Part shown: piece by piece, positions 18,343-28,888 of the stretch | Layout: each line of letters begins with the position of its first letter | How positions within the stretch are numbered: the first letter of the stretch is position 1 | NCBI GenBank assembly: GCA_028865725.1 | Contig: JAGWJP010000001.1 | Coordinates: forward strand, 377,954 to 441,953 | Origin: Patescibacteria group bacterium | GTDB lineage: Bacteria; Patescibacteriota; Minisyncoccia; UBA6257; JACRHW01 | Length of the DNA: 64,000 nucleotides | Direction of reading: 5' to 3' | The notes under the pieces: model-generated | The model's input: the letters and a program-made list of their open reading frames with translations, nothing else | Databases searched by the model: none | Told to the model about the DNA's origin: nothing | Program-made: the position numbers and the translations under genes

Positions 18343-20111
18343 AGCAAGAACGCATTTCATTTTTTATCATTGGATTATGTGTGGGCATAGTAACCCTTAT
18401 TTCTTTGTGGGCTGGATTTTTTACTGGATTCGAACACATATTTGAAGATCTTTTGATAACGACGAAGCCTTTTAGCGATTCTATCGTGCTTGTGACGATT
18501 GATAATAGTTCGCTCGCTACCCTGGGGCAATGGCCATGGCCTCGAGCGTTTTTTGCACAAGCACTCACCACGCTGGAAAACGTTCATCCTAAAGCGGTGG
18601 GGCTTGATGTGGCGTTTTCCGAAGCATCTCGATTGGGTTCGGCAGACGATGAAGCATTGGCGGGTATTCTCAAAAACCTTTCCTATCCGCTCGTGTTACC
18701 CCTCGAGAGTAATGGCGCTCTTCATCTTGGGTATACACCTCCTCGTGTGGATTCTTTGCTCACGCCTCTCCCGTTATTTACTGACAATACCCACACTTCG
18801 CTTGGGGATGTTCATCTTGTTCCTGACGTAGACGGTGTTGTGCGCAGATTTGCCCCCCGCATAGAAGTTGGAGGGAATGCTACAGAGCAATACAATTCAT
18901 TTGGCTATGAGGTGGCGCAACAAGCACGCCTTCCTGTATCTCCGCTTCCCAACGATGCAACATTACGTATTGTTTACGCGGCCTCAACCGGACATATCCA
19001 ACGTATACCTTTTTCTCGTATCATCGATAACGATCCCACCGCTCTCTCGCTCCTCAAGAACAAAATTATTCTGATTGGTGCAACCGCGCCCGATCTTCAC
19101 GATGAACAGCGAACTCCTTCTTCCGGAGGGAGCAATATGAGTGGTGTAGAAATCCAGGCCAATATTCTGAATATGATTCTTTTAGGATATCGGGAAACAA
19201 ATCTTCCCTTTTTTCCCGCCTCCATGATTTTATTTTTCGTTGCGCTTATTCCTGCGCTTGTTTTCACTCTATTGAAAGGCGCGATAAAACCGTTACTGGT
19301 AAATGTCGCGTTAGGCGTGATATATCTCATCATTATTGTGCTTTTGTTTGAACAAGGCATTGTAGTAAATCTTGTACACGTTTCGCTTGCGTGGATCCTT
19401 TCATCGCTTTCACTTTTTGTCTATCGTTATTTCAGGGTCGAGCGCGAGAAACGTGAAGTACAAAAAATATTCTCAAAATATGTGTCAAGTGATGTACTGA
19501 ACCTTATTTTAGAACATCCGGAACACGTCGCATTGGGTGGTGAGGAGAAAGAGATCACCGTCCTCTTCACCGATATTCGGGGATTTACTACCATTTCTGA
19601 AGCGACATCACCCCAAGACTTGGTTCAGCTTCTTAATCGTTATTTTAGTGCGATGACAGAGGTGGTACTCAAGAACAAGGGATTACTTAACCAATATATT
19701 GGCGATGCCATCATGGCGTTTTGGGGTGCTCCCGTGAACGACCCTGATCAGGCAGACCATGCGGTAGAGACGGGATTTGAGATGTTAGAGCGACTTCATA
19801 TTTTAAATGAGGAATTTACGCGCGAAGGAAAACCCGCTATTCACATAGGGGTAGGAATTTATACCGGTCCTGCAGTGATTGGTAATATCGGTTCCGAGGT
19901 GCGTTTGGAATATACTGCGATTGGCGACACAGTAAATGTTGCCTCCCGTTTTGAGGGATTGAATAAGAAATACGAGAGCTCGATTATTATCGGAGAAACT
20001 ACAAAAGAAAAATTAAAACACGACTATCAGTTTAAGTTTCTCGATACCACGGAGGTAAAAGGAAGAAAAGAAGCATTGCGTGTTTATACTGTTGAACGCT
20101 CGTTAGAATAA
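18339..20111 (+). CDS. CHASE2-domain class III nucleotide cyclase
   Basis: GQWPWPR, DVDGVVRR, GVEIQAN, 3 TM, FTDIRGFT, IGDA, GDTVNVASR. Confidence 0.93.
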   Translation: MKQERISFFIIGLCVGIVTLISLWAGFFTGFEHIFEDLLITTKPFSDSIVLVTIDNSSLATLGQWPWPRAFFAQALTTLENVHPKAVGLDVAFSEASRLGSADDEALAGILKNLSYPLVLPLESNGALHLGYTPPRVDSLLTPLPLFTDNTHTSLGDVHLVPDVDGVVRRFAPRIEVGGNATEQYNSFGYEVAQQARLPVSPLPNDATLRIVYAASTGHIQRIPFSRIIDNDPTALSLLKNKIILIGATAPDLHDEQRTPSSGGSNMSGVEIQANILNMILLGYRETNLPFFPASMILFFVALIPALVFTLLKGAIKPLLVNVALGVIYLIIIVLLFEQGIVVNLVHVSLAWILSSLSLFVYRYFRVEREKREVQKIFSKYVSSDVLNLILEHPEHVALGGEEKEITVLFTDIRGFTTISEATSPQDLVQLLNRYFSAMTEVVLKNKGLLNQYIGDAIMAFWGAPVNDPDQADHAVETGFEMLERLHILNEEFTREGKPAIHIGVGIYTGPAVIGNIGSEVRLEYTAIGDTVNVASRFEGLNKKYESSIIIGETTKEKLKHDYQFKFLDTTEVKGRKEALRVYTVERSLE

Positions 20112-20162
20112 CAATTCGCATGCAAACCGAGGATCACATTGTACTGGATCCGCAGTTCAATT

Positions 20163-22073
20163 TTATGGTTCGATAACGCCTCGGATGCGGCGCACCCCTG
20201 CAGCAACGGCTTCTTCTTTTGCAATCTTAAACACACCCACTTCCCTTGTATGTGCAACATGAGGGCCTCCGCAGAATTCCTTGCTTACGGCGTCCTCTAA
20301 CGAATGCCCTGCGTAATAAACTTTTACCACCTCAGGATATTTTTCTTTAAAGAAATAAAGCGCCCCTGTTTTTACCGCTTCTTCTTTTGGAAGTTCCTTA
20401 TACTGCACAGGCAAATCCATTTTAATATACTTGTTTACGAGATTCTCAACACTTTGGATTTCTTCTTTTGTAAGTTTGCGAGGAAATGTAAAATCAAATC
20501 GTGTACGTTCTGTCGTGATGTCAGATCCTTTTTGTCCCACTTCATTCCCTAATACATTACGCAAGGCAGCCTGAAGAAGATGGGTTGCGGTATGGAGCCG
20601 TGTTACTTTTTTAAGTTCTTCTTCATTTCGTGCTTTGAGTTCTCCTGTGTCGAGAAGAAGACCATGACCACCAAATTTCTTTTCTTGTCCTGCGCGCGAG
20701 AGTTCCCTGTGGTGCGCCACCTCACGCGCAAAGGACTCCTTATCTACACCAATACCTTTTTGTGCGGCAAGTTCCTCAGTAAGTTCAATAGGAAACCCAT
20801 GGGTAGCAAGGAGTAAAAATGTATCTGCACCCGAAATGACACCCCCAGGTTTTGTTTCTGCAGCGATCTTCTCAAACTCTTTAATTCCGCTTTCGTAAGT
20901 ACGCGCAAACGCCGCTTGTTCTTTCATGAATACTTCGCGAATCAGTACCCTTTTCTCCGAAAGCTCTGGATATGCATGTGTATACGAGTCGATTACCACG
21001 TCAATGGTACTGCCCCAAAAATCTCCTTCAAGACCAATGAGGTATTGGCCATGCATAACAGCGCGGCGGATAAGGCGTCGCAAGAGATATCCGCGTTCTT
21101 TGTTTGAGGGAATAACGCCGTCACCGATTAAAAAGATACTTGCGCGAATATGATCCGTAATAATTCTTTCAGATCGAATGTGGGGTCGGACAGCTGCGGC
21201 GCGAATCGCGAGAATAAGGGGTTTTAATATATCAATATTAAAAATATCCGGATCATCCAAAGATGCTGCGGCAATACGCTCAAGACCGCCGCCAAAATCT
21301 ACATTGCGTTGTGCGAGTTTAGAAAATGATCCATCTTCATTTTTTCGATATTCCATAAATACCGAGTTTCCTATTTCGACAAAGCGGCCACAATCACAGT
21401 TGGGGTGGCAGTGTGCCCCAAATGCAGGATCATGAGGCACAGAGGTGAACTCATAAAACACCTCGGAGTCTGGTCCCCCAGGCTCTCGTGGTGGCATATT
21501 CTCAGGTGTACCCGCCCTGCTCCACCAATTTTTTTTGACCCCATAGTAAAAAATACGTCCCCCTTGCATGCCCTTTTCACTTGCTCGCTGCTCCGTATCG
21601 AGTACTACCGCCTCTGCAGTAATTCCTTTTTTCGCAAAGAGTGCTTTCCAGATCGCAACTGATTCTTCATCACGAGGAATTTGGCGCTCGGTGTCGCCCG
21701 CAAAAACCGTAACGTATACTTTTTGCGGATCGAGGTCCACCTCATCAGTAAGAAACTCAAAAAACCATGGAAGTTGCTCTTCTTTAAAGTAGTCACCAAA
21801 AGACCAGTTACCGAGCATTTCAAAAAATGTGGTGTGCCGATTGTCCCCCACCTCATCGATGTCTTCTGCGCGCACACACTTTTGTGCATCAGTAAGACGC
21901 TTTCCTCCTGGGTGAGCCTCACCTAATAAATATTTAATAAGCGGCTGCATGCCAGACCCTGTAAACAGCGTGGTTACATCACCCTCAGGCAAAAGAGAGG
22001 ATGACGGGATCACTGTGTGACCTCGTTTTTTAAAAAACTCTAGATATTTTTTACGAATTTCGTGAGTAGACAC
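20163..22073 (-). CDS. alaS: alanine--tRNA ligase (short form)
   Basis: HTTFFEMLGNWSFGDYFK, GGGLER, HTATHLL, EFCGGPH. Confidence 0.97.
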   Translation of the reverse strand: MSTHEIRKKYLEFFKKRGHTVIPSSSLLPEGDVTTLFTGSGMQPLIKYLLGEAHPGGKRLTDAQKCVRAEDIDEVGDNRHTTFFEMLGNWSFGDYFKEEQLPWFFEFLTDEVDLDPQKVYVTVFAGDTERQIPRDEESVAIWKALFAKKGITAEAVVLDTEQRASEKGMQGGRIFYYGVKKNWWSRAGTPENMPPREPGGPDSEVFYEFTSVPHDPAFGAHCHPNCDCGRFVEIGNSVFMEYRKNEDGSFSKLAQRNVDFGGGLERIAAASLDDPDIFNIDILKPLILAIRAAAVRPHIRSERIITDHIRASIFLIGDGVIPSNKERGYLLRRLIRRAVMHGQYLIGLEGDFWGSTIDVVIDSYTHAYPELSEKRVLIREVFMKEQAAFARTYESGIKEFEKIAAETKPGGVISGADTFLLLATHGFPIELTEELAAQKGIGVDKESFAREVAHHRELSRAGQEKKFGGHGLLLDTGELKARNEEELKKVTRLHTATHLLQAALRNVLGNEVGQKGSDITTERTRFDFTFPRKLTKEEIQSVENLVNKYIKMDLPVQYKELPKEEAVKTGALYFFKEKYPEVVKVYYAGHSLEDAVSKEFCGGPHVAHTREVGVFKIAKEEAVAAGVRRIRGVIEP

Positions 22074-22082
22074 GGAGAGTAA

Positions 22083-23426
22083 TTATGCGAATGTACGCGC
22101 TATTGTTTTAATCTTGTAGGACATAAGGACTGCAAGAAGCCCCACATCGCACCATAACGCGGTTGAGAGTGCGAATGCGATGCCGCTGAGCCCATATTTT
22201 TGAAGAAAGATAGGACCTAAAATGATGTACAACCCTGTATTCAAAAGGCTTGTGAGAAGCGGGGTGGTAGTGCTTTCAAGAATAAAGGATACGCGAACAA
22301 GGTAGGGCAAAAGCGCACTCGCGACAATACCGATATTCAAGTACATGAGTACAGCGCTTATCGCCGCGGCAGACTCCGGCTTTAAAGAACCATGTTGCAA
22401 GAAATATCTTACAATAATTTCACCTCCGTATGCAAACATGATAAAAAAGAGCACCCCAAGTCCTATAAGTTTCTTGAATGTAGAAAAAAACAATTGCGCG
22501 AATTTGTGTTTTGATTGAGCGTAGAGCTTTGCAAGCGCAGGAAAGCTTGCCGTGATGAGTGATATCGCAAAAATGTTAAGCGGGTAGTTATACATGTCGT
22601 ACGCAAAATTGAAAATTGCCACAGAGCCATTGGCAAGGTGAGAGATAAAGTTGAGGGTAATCACAAGGTTGATCTGAATGAGAATAATGTTAAGAACTCG
22701 TGGTAATGCGAGTGCAATTACACCCATGAGCTCTTGTAGAGTAAGGAGACGAAACTTGTGATTGTATCCTGACCCCAAAAAAGCGATAAGCTGAAGTGTG
22801 CTGTGTGCGAGTGCCCCCAACAACACACCAAATACTACCCCTTGAATCCCTAAGAATGGGGACAAAAAAAGAATGCCGCATATAATCCCAAGATTGTAGA
22901 GAATGGGTGCAATGGTGGTAATAAAAAATTTATTAAGTGTTTGTAGGGCACCAGAAGCAAGACTGGAAATACCTAGTAGAATAGGTTGAAGAAGCAGTAG
23001 TCGCGCAAGACGTATAGTAATATCTAATTTTTCTTTATTAAATCCCGGCACAAGCATGTGCATAAGAAGCGGCATCATGGCCAAAAGCACTACTGCAAGC
23101 ACGAGACTTAATAAAAGGTATCCATTAATAATCTTTGCGGCAAACTCCCATGCTTTTTCTTTTGATTCTGCCAATTCACGTGAAAATGTGGGAATAAATA
23201 CTGCTGAGAGTCCCCCTGTAATGATGAGGAGAAAGATAAGATCTGGAATACGGAACGCAGCAAAGTAGGCATCAAGTTGAGATGATGCTCCAAAATGAGC
23301 AGCAAGAAGTATATTTCTCCCGATAGAGAGTACGCCGTTTATGAGTGTTCCTGCGCCGATAGTGAGCGCTGAGGCGCTAATGCTGCGGGATTCGATGTGA
23401 AGTAATTTGTGAAATAGTGCACGCAT
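22083..23426 (-). CDS. murJ: lipid II flippase MurJ
   Basis: LDAYFAAFRIPD, SAVFIP, APILYN; multi-TM. Confidence 0.9.
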   Translation of the reverse strand: MRALFHKLLHIESRSISASALTIGAGTLINGVLSIGRNILLAAHFGASSQLDAYFAAFRIPDLIFLLIITGGLSAVFIPTFSRELAESKEKAWEFAAKIINGYLLLSLVLAVVLLAMMPLLMHMLVPGFNKEKLDITIRLARLLLLQPILLGISSLASGALQTLNKFFITTIAPILYNLGIICGILFLSPFLGIQGVVFGVLLGALAHSTLQLIAFLGSGYNHKFRLLTLQELMGVIALALPRVLNIILIQINLVITLNFISHLANGSVAIFNFAYDMYNYPLNIFAISLITASFPALAKLYAQSKHKFAQLFFSTFKKLIGLGVLFFIMFAYGGEIIVRYFLQHGSLKPESAAAISAVLMYLNIGIVASALLPYLVRVSFILESTTTPLLTSLLNTGLYIILGPIFLQKYGLSGIAFALSTALWCDVGLLAVLMSYKIKTIARTFA

Positions 23427-23544
23427 AGTATAATGGTACTCGGTTTTTCCTTGAATTTCATCCCTCACCTTTAACGCATTTTTATGCATTACGTGAGACC
23501 GTAATAAATAAAGGTGAGAGGTTCATCCGAATGCGTAAGTTCTA

Positions 23545-25767
23545 TTATTGTCCATTCGAGGGAACAAGAGTCAATGTTATTGAAAGCTCCCTTGGATCGA
23601 TTGAGAAGTGGGTTCGATAGGTATCAAGCCCGGTTTCTTTAAAGACATACCCTGTGGGCGCGTTGATAGTCAGGTCGAGTACGCTCGTGACGCCCGATTG
23701 TTTTTGGTACGTGAGATTATAGATTGCATTGCTGAGGGGTGACGCAGAATTTGCAAGGAATCGAGTACTATATTGCAAGGTAATTTGTTGATGCTCCCCC
23801 GCCGCAAGCACGGACCAGCCCGCGTAGACTTTTTTCCCTTCCTCGGGATATGTTTCAAGCCCGTGGGTACCTGCCAACGTGACAGCGCGCGATTCGCTTG
23901 CAGCCAACAGAGGATCGGGCGCGGTATCAGGATTTGTTTTTGCGTAGGTGTGTGGAGTGAGCCCGGCAGCGTAGGACAACGCGGTGTTTAGGGGAAGATA
24001 CGCCCTCACATAATCCTTGTTCGTACTTCTCCATAATGCAAACGAGGCTTGGTCTCCGTTGTGGGCTCGTGACACGATAAGGGTGTGGCTCGCGGTACCA
24101 TCTGAACGCAAATCAATCGTATCATTTATTTTCTGCGTAATTACGTAATCACTCTTTCCTCCTGCGACGTTTGAATCAATAAATGCAAGATAATCTTCGA
24201 GCGCACTTGAAGCTGTAATGTGCCCATCGTACCCTAATGTACGCAATGATTCTGCCGCTTGCGTGAGGTCGGGGTTTATCATCGCAATTTGTATTTCTTT
24301 TTCGTCAAGCATAGCCATTACGACAGAAAATATGTCTTGTTTGTGGGGAAGCGCCGAAAGAGCAGTTAAAAAGCGCGGGATAAAAATCTTTAAGATACGT
24401 TTCGGATCTCCGTACGTACTATTATCTCCTCCGAATTCAACAGTATTTTGAACGCTTTCCATAAAATTATCGCTCGAGATCGACATGTTATATTCTGGCA
24501 TTTCGATCGGTCCAGTTTTTTTCAAAAGTTCTGTTACTAATTTTGTATTCACTGCGATAACCCCGTCTATGGTGCGGTGCGGATTTGTGTCTAGTTTTGA
24601 TGCTTCAAAAAACTCAGCGGCTTTTTGGGCAGAAGTAGGAAAATCGAAAAACCAGTTTGCGTCCCGTGTACCCCAAGTAGGAGTGATATTTTGTAACGCT
24701 TTTGGTGGCGTTATTTTTTCAGCCAATTGACCGTCCAAATCATAGATATTCCGAATATCCATAGCAGTAATTTTTCCGTTCTGAAGGCTTACGAGCATAT
24801 AACTTCCCCAAAAACCTCCCGTCGCACGCAGTTCTGAAGGATTTTGAAATGCAATAAGATACGTCCTTGGTGTATTGTGATCTCCCAGCGCGCGCGCGAG
24901 CATTTCAAGTGCGAGATGGCTATCGTTTAATTCATTTTGAAGTGCAAAGTATTGATTTTTCAGGCTTTGTGACCAGTCTTTCATGCCGGGCAAAACAGAC
25001 AGATCAGCAAGGTTAGTAATAATCTTTGGAGTTGCATGAGAAATGGTGATTAGCTTAGTGTCGATGTTTTTTATAGTCTGGATGTTTATTCCTGCACCAA
25101 ATGCATTTGTTACGCTTGAATTTAGAAGAGAGTTCATGTCATCCGCGATTGTTAACGAAGTCGCTAACATAGCGCGGAGCTCATCGACTAGAGAAAATGG
25201 AGGCGCATACAATATTTTTGCTGCCGATGCCTTATTAAGTAATATCTCGAGAGCATTCAATGAGGATTGTGCAACGGTCAAATGTTCTTTGCCTGCTTTG
25301 AAATTAAAATGCTTAAAGTCAGTAATTCCTTCTTCGATATTTTGATAGACATCTTTTCCCAAGGCCTGCAGGCGATCGTAGTGGTCTACCACCGATACTT
25401 TTACTGCGGCACTATATGCGATAACGAGAATAACGCATCCTAGCACGATCGGCTTGATATGTGATATACGGAACAATCGATGGATCGTTCGATTTATTAC
25501 AATTTTTTTAGCGGGATTCGGACGTTTAAACAGCTGTGACGTAATGTTTTTATTGCGAAAAACAATATCAGAAAATAATATGTTTCCTTGCGAAACACTA
25601 CATTCTCGAGCACGAATAGGCCCTAAATTAATAACTGGGTTTGGGATTTTCGTGCAAATCATATCTAAAAACCCATCTTTCATGGGTCTCACGTCAAAGA
25701 GAATTTGAAGAACAAGACTACGTTGTACCACAACCAGGCGGTGTTTTAATTGAATAATGCAAAACAA
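23545..25767 (-). CDS. DUF4012-like exported protein
   Basis: FQNPSELRATGGF, RDANWFFDFPTSA, NVAGGKSD, QKQSG; start uncertain. Confidence 0.8.
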   Translation of the reverse strand: MFCIIQLKHRLVVVQRSLVLQILFDVRPMKDGFLDMICTKIPNPVINLGPIRARECSVSQGNILFSDIVFRNKNITSQLFKRPNPAKKIVINRTIHRLFRISHIKPIVLGCVILVIAYSAAVKVSVVDHYDRLQALGKDVYQNIEEGITDFKHFNFKAGKEHLTVAQSSLNALEILLNKASAAKILYAPPFSLVDELRAMLATSLTIADDMNSLLNSSVTNAFGAGINIQTIKNIDTKLITISHATPKIITNLADLSVLPGMKDWSQSLKNQYFALQNELNDSHLALEMLARALGDHNTPRTYLIAFQNPSELRATGGFWGSYMLVSLQNGKITAMDIRNIYDLDGQLAEKITPPKALQNITPTWGTRDANWFFDFPTSAQKAAEFFEASKLDTNPHRTIDGVIAVNTKLVTELLKKTGPIEMPEYNMSISSDNFMESVQNTVEFGGDNSTYGDPKRILKIFIPRFLTALSALPHKQDIFSVVMAMLDEKEIQIAMINPDLTQAAESLRTLGYDGHITASSALEDYLAFIDSNVAGGKSDYVITQKINDTIDLRSDGTASHTLIVSRAHNGDQASFALWRSTNKDYVRAYLPLNTALSYAAGLTPHTYAKTNPDTAPDPLLAASESRAVTLAGTHGLETYPEEGKKVYAGWSVLAAGEHQQITLQYSTRFLANSASPLSNAIYNLTYQKQSGVTSVLDLTINAPTGYVFKETGLDTYRTHFSIDPRELSITLTLVPSNGQ

Positions 25768-26861
25768 TTACGATAGTGCGCTACCGCACTATTCCAATTA
25801 AATTGTACCGCATTTTCTTTTCCTAGCCTAATAAGACGGTTTCGTGTTTTTTCTTCTGTGAGGGCAACAGAGATAGCCTCTGCAATATCCAAACGGTTAT
25901 AAGGATCTACAAGTAATGCCGACTCTCCCAATATTTCTGGTAACGATGCGCGGTTGGATGCTACTACCGGGGTCTGCGAGTATTGTGCCTCAAGAGGTTG
26001 AAATCCAAAGCCTTCAAAAAAACTTGGGTATACAAATACACGAGCTGCTTGATACAACTTTGGTCGGTCTTCTGATGAAACTTGGATTAATTTAATACGG
26101 TTGTGATATGGCGACCGTGCGATCGCTTCAAGACATTGTTCAAAAAGCCACCCCAAGTTTCCCGCGAGTACCAGCGATATTGTATCGTGTTTTTGAAACA
26201 CCAACTCCGCTGCGTGAATAAGAGTAGTGATATTTTTTCGCGGTTCGATTGTGCCGAGATATAAAATAAACGATTCAGGAAGTTTGTGAATAGCCTTGAA
26301 CTGTTCGATTTCCTCGTCGCGGTAGGAAGCGGAGAAAATTGGATTTATTCCGTGATAAATAGTACTCACGCGTTTTTCAGGAACATGAAGCAAATTTACG
26401 ACATCATCTTTTGTGCATTGAGACGGGGTGATGATATGGTCAGCATGCTTGATTTGACGCTCCACATTCATCCAGCGAAGCCACACGTGTTGCCGTAACG
26501 AAAAAAACTGAGGAAATCGCAAGAATGAGAGATCGTGAACCATAAGAATGCGTGGCGCACGTTTCAAGGGTGTTAATAGAAAGTGCGGGCTGAAGAAAAG
26601 ATCGCTCTTCGTTATTTCGTCGAGGAATGGGACTCCTAGTATTTTTGCGGAAAAGTTTTGAAGCCTATTGGGATGTGTAGTTGCCACTACTTCTCTATTA
26701 TCAAAATACGGGTCAAGCTTTCGTGTCGCCGCATTGTAATAAAACGTATATAAATTGTTTGCGTCTTCCGGAACAAGGTGCTTTGCGAGTTGGAGCGTAT
26801 ATTCCTCAACCCCTGTCACGCGCCCCGTGGAAAGTACTCGAAGATCGAATCCTATGCGCAT
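25746..26861 (-). CDS. glycosyltransferase family 4
   Basis: GTIEPRKN, FVYPSFFEGFG..LEA. Confidence 0.92.
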   Translation of the reverse strand: MRIGFDLRVLSTGRVTGVEEYTLQLAKHLVPEDANNLYTFYYNAATRKLDPYFDNREVVATTHPNRLQNFSAKILGVPFLDEITKSDLFFSPHFLLTPLKRAPRILMVHDLSFLRFPQFFSLRQHVWLRWMNVERQIKHADHIITPSQCTKDDVVNLLHVPEKRVSTIYHGINPIFSASYRDEEIEQFKAIHKLPESFILYLGTIEPRKNITTLIHAAELVFQKHDTISLVLAGNLGWLFEQCLEAIARSPYHNRIKLIQVSSEDRPKLYQAARVFVYPSFFEGFGFQPLEAQYSQTPVVASNRASLPEILGESALLVDPYNRLDIAEAISVALTEEKTRNRLIRLGKENAVQFNWNSAVAHYRNCFALFN

Positions 26862-26886
26862 ATTATTTGTACATAATCTCAGTATA

Positions 26887-28005
26887 TCAAGATTGATTGT
26901 CTCTATCCATTGCGGCATAGTGGCGCAAAAATTCCTGTTCTATATTTGTACGCAACGTATTTCGAAATACATCACGGGAAAATGGCAGTGCTGATTCGCG
27001 GCATGCGGCATGTGTAATATGATATGTGTCCAATTTATGGATCGCATCTGCGAGAGATTCTTTTGTTTGTTCCTCAAAGAATACTCCATTGTAACCGGGT
27101 GTTATGATCTCTGTTGGCCCACCTCCGCGGGCAAATGCGACGACAGGTGTGCCACATCCTAGTGCCTCCACGGGTACAAGCCCGAAATCTTCTTCGTGTG
27201 GAAAAATGAGTGCCCTACTTGCAGAATAACAATCACGCAATGTTTCATCAGATACGTGCCCCAGAAATTCTATGTTGTGGTTGGCACGTGCTTTGAGCGC
27301 ACGATATTCTGGTCCGACACCTATAATTTTAAGCGGGAGACCCAACATGTTAAATGTATCCACCACAAGGTCAAACCGTTTATAGTGCAGCAACCTCCCT
27401 ACTGCACAATATGTGGTTTCCTTTGCACGCGTGGAATAAAAAAAGTCGGTTCTTACTGGAGGGTAGATTATTCTCGTATCACGTCCGTAGTAACGTTTTA
27501 TTTTACGAGCAATATGGTTTGAGATCGTGTACATCACGTGCGGCGCACGCGATGTTTTTAGATCCCATGCTTTCAGGAATGTACGAAGCGGGGTTACCCC
27601 ATAATGCAACGCACGAAACCACGGATATGTTTCCAAATATTTTTCTTCCCATGCATATCGCAATGGCGTATAGCAATAATTAATGTGTAAAATACGGGGG
27701 TCGGCCGCGAACCCCTTCGCAAATCCACTCGAATCAGAGAGGATAAGATCAAAATCTCGTATAAAAAAAGCCTGTGCGGCAAGCGGCATAAGGGGAATCA
27801 TGTAATGATGGCGGCGGGTGCCTCCAGGAACATGTTGAAGAAACGAGGTGTGGATTGTTTTGTTGTGAAACTCTCCGTGCGTACGCTCCTCATCATAGAG
27901 AAGCGTAAAAATTGGTGCTTCAGGGAAAAGCGAAGTGAGTTCATGTAACACGCGCTCCGCTCCTCCAAGCTGATTCAAGTAATCATGTAAAATCGCAACT
28001 TTCAT
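26887..28005 (-). CDS. glycosyltransferase family 4
   Basis: HDYLNQLGGAERV, EDFGLVPVEA. Confidence 0.92.
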   Translation of the reverse strand: MKVAILHDYLNQLGGAERVLHELTSLFPEAPIFTLLYDEERTHGEFHNKTIHTSFLQHVPGGTRRHHYMIPLMPLAAQAFFIRDFDLILSDSSGFAKGFAADPRILHINYCYTPLRYAWEEKYLETYPWFRALHYGVTPLRTFLKAWDLKTSRAPHVMYTISNHIARKIKRYYGRDTRIIYPPVRTDFFYSTRAKETTYCAVGRLLHYKRFDLVVDTFNMLGLPLKIIGVGPEYRALKARANHNIEFLGHVSDETLRDCYSASRALIFPHEEDFGLVPVEALGCGTPVVAFARGGGPTEIITPGYNGVFFEEQTKESLADAIHKLDTYHITHAACRESALPFSRDVFRNTLRTNIEQEFLRHYAAMDRDNQS

Positions 28006-28010
28006 AGAGG

Positions 28011-28613
28011 TTATACCGCGTTAGAATCAGTGAAAATGATAGCTACTGTTTTCACTATAATACGAAGATCTTCCTTGAATGAGGGTTGTTTAAGATACAT
28101 GTTATCAAGCTCTAATTCTTTAAGAAACGGAAGCGCCGAGGCGCCACTTACCTGCGAAAGCCCTGTGACGCCTGCTTTTGCAAACACAATATGTCGAAAT
28201 TCTGAAGGGTAGTGATCCACTTCTTCTTTTTCGTGCGCGCGCGGACCGACAAGCGCAAGCTCGCCACGAAGCACGTTGATAAGCTGAGGAAACTCATCAA
28301 TACGATATTTGCGCAATACCTTACCCACACGCGTGATACGCGGATCGTTTCTCATTTTAAAAAAAGGACCATCGTTGCGTTCGTTGAGATGCAAAAGATC
28401 ATTTCTCATCAGATGAGCATTCTCCACCATAGTTCTAAATTTATAGATGTTAAAGAGTTTTCCTCCGCTCACGCGCGGAATTTTTACGAGCACCGGTCCT
28501 CGTGATGATACCTTTATCGCACACGCAATGAAAGGCCAAAACGGAAGAATACAAAATAATCCTGCGATTGCTCCGCACACATCAAGCGCTCTTTTTACGA
28601 GGCGTGAGTACAT
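28011..28613 (-). CDS. bacterial sugar transferase (phosphoglycosyl transferase)
   Basis: KRALD, YKFRTM, DPRITRVG, DEFPQL, VGPR. Confidence 0.93.
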   Translation of the reverse strand: MYSRLVKRALDVCGAIAGLFCILPFWPFIACAIKVSSRGPVLVKIPRVSGGKLFNIYKFRTMVENAHLMRNDLLHLNERNDGPFFKMRNDPRITRVGKVLRKYRIDEFPQLINVLRGELALVGPRAHEKEEVDHYPSEFRHIVFAKAGVTGLSQVSGASALPFLKELELDNMYLKQPSFKEDLRIIVKTVAIIFTDSNAV

Positions 28614-28694
28614 ACATATATTTTAATTCGTTTTTCTGTACTTCACTAGCCTTGCTATTTACGAAAGTAGTGGCGTCGGTAACCATAAAACAAG

Positions 28695-28781
28695 TATCTC
28701 GTATTTATTATCTGGTATCTAATATGCTAGAAAACCAAAATTCAAAAATTAAAATGTAAAATTGCAATTCAAAATTAAAAA
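28695..28781. repeat. two degenerate heptamer arrays
   Basis: TATCTCG/TATTTAT/TATCTGG/TATCTAA/TATGCTA, then ACCAAAA/TTCAAAA/ATTAAAA/TGTAAAA... Confidence 0.7.
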
Positions 28782-28888
28782 ATTTTCATACGTCATCCTG
28801 TGGGCTCATTTCTCGTCCATAAGTGCGTAGCATTCACCTCGGGTTTAATAAAAAATCCCAGATAATACCGGGACTCTGCTACTCTTTA

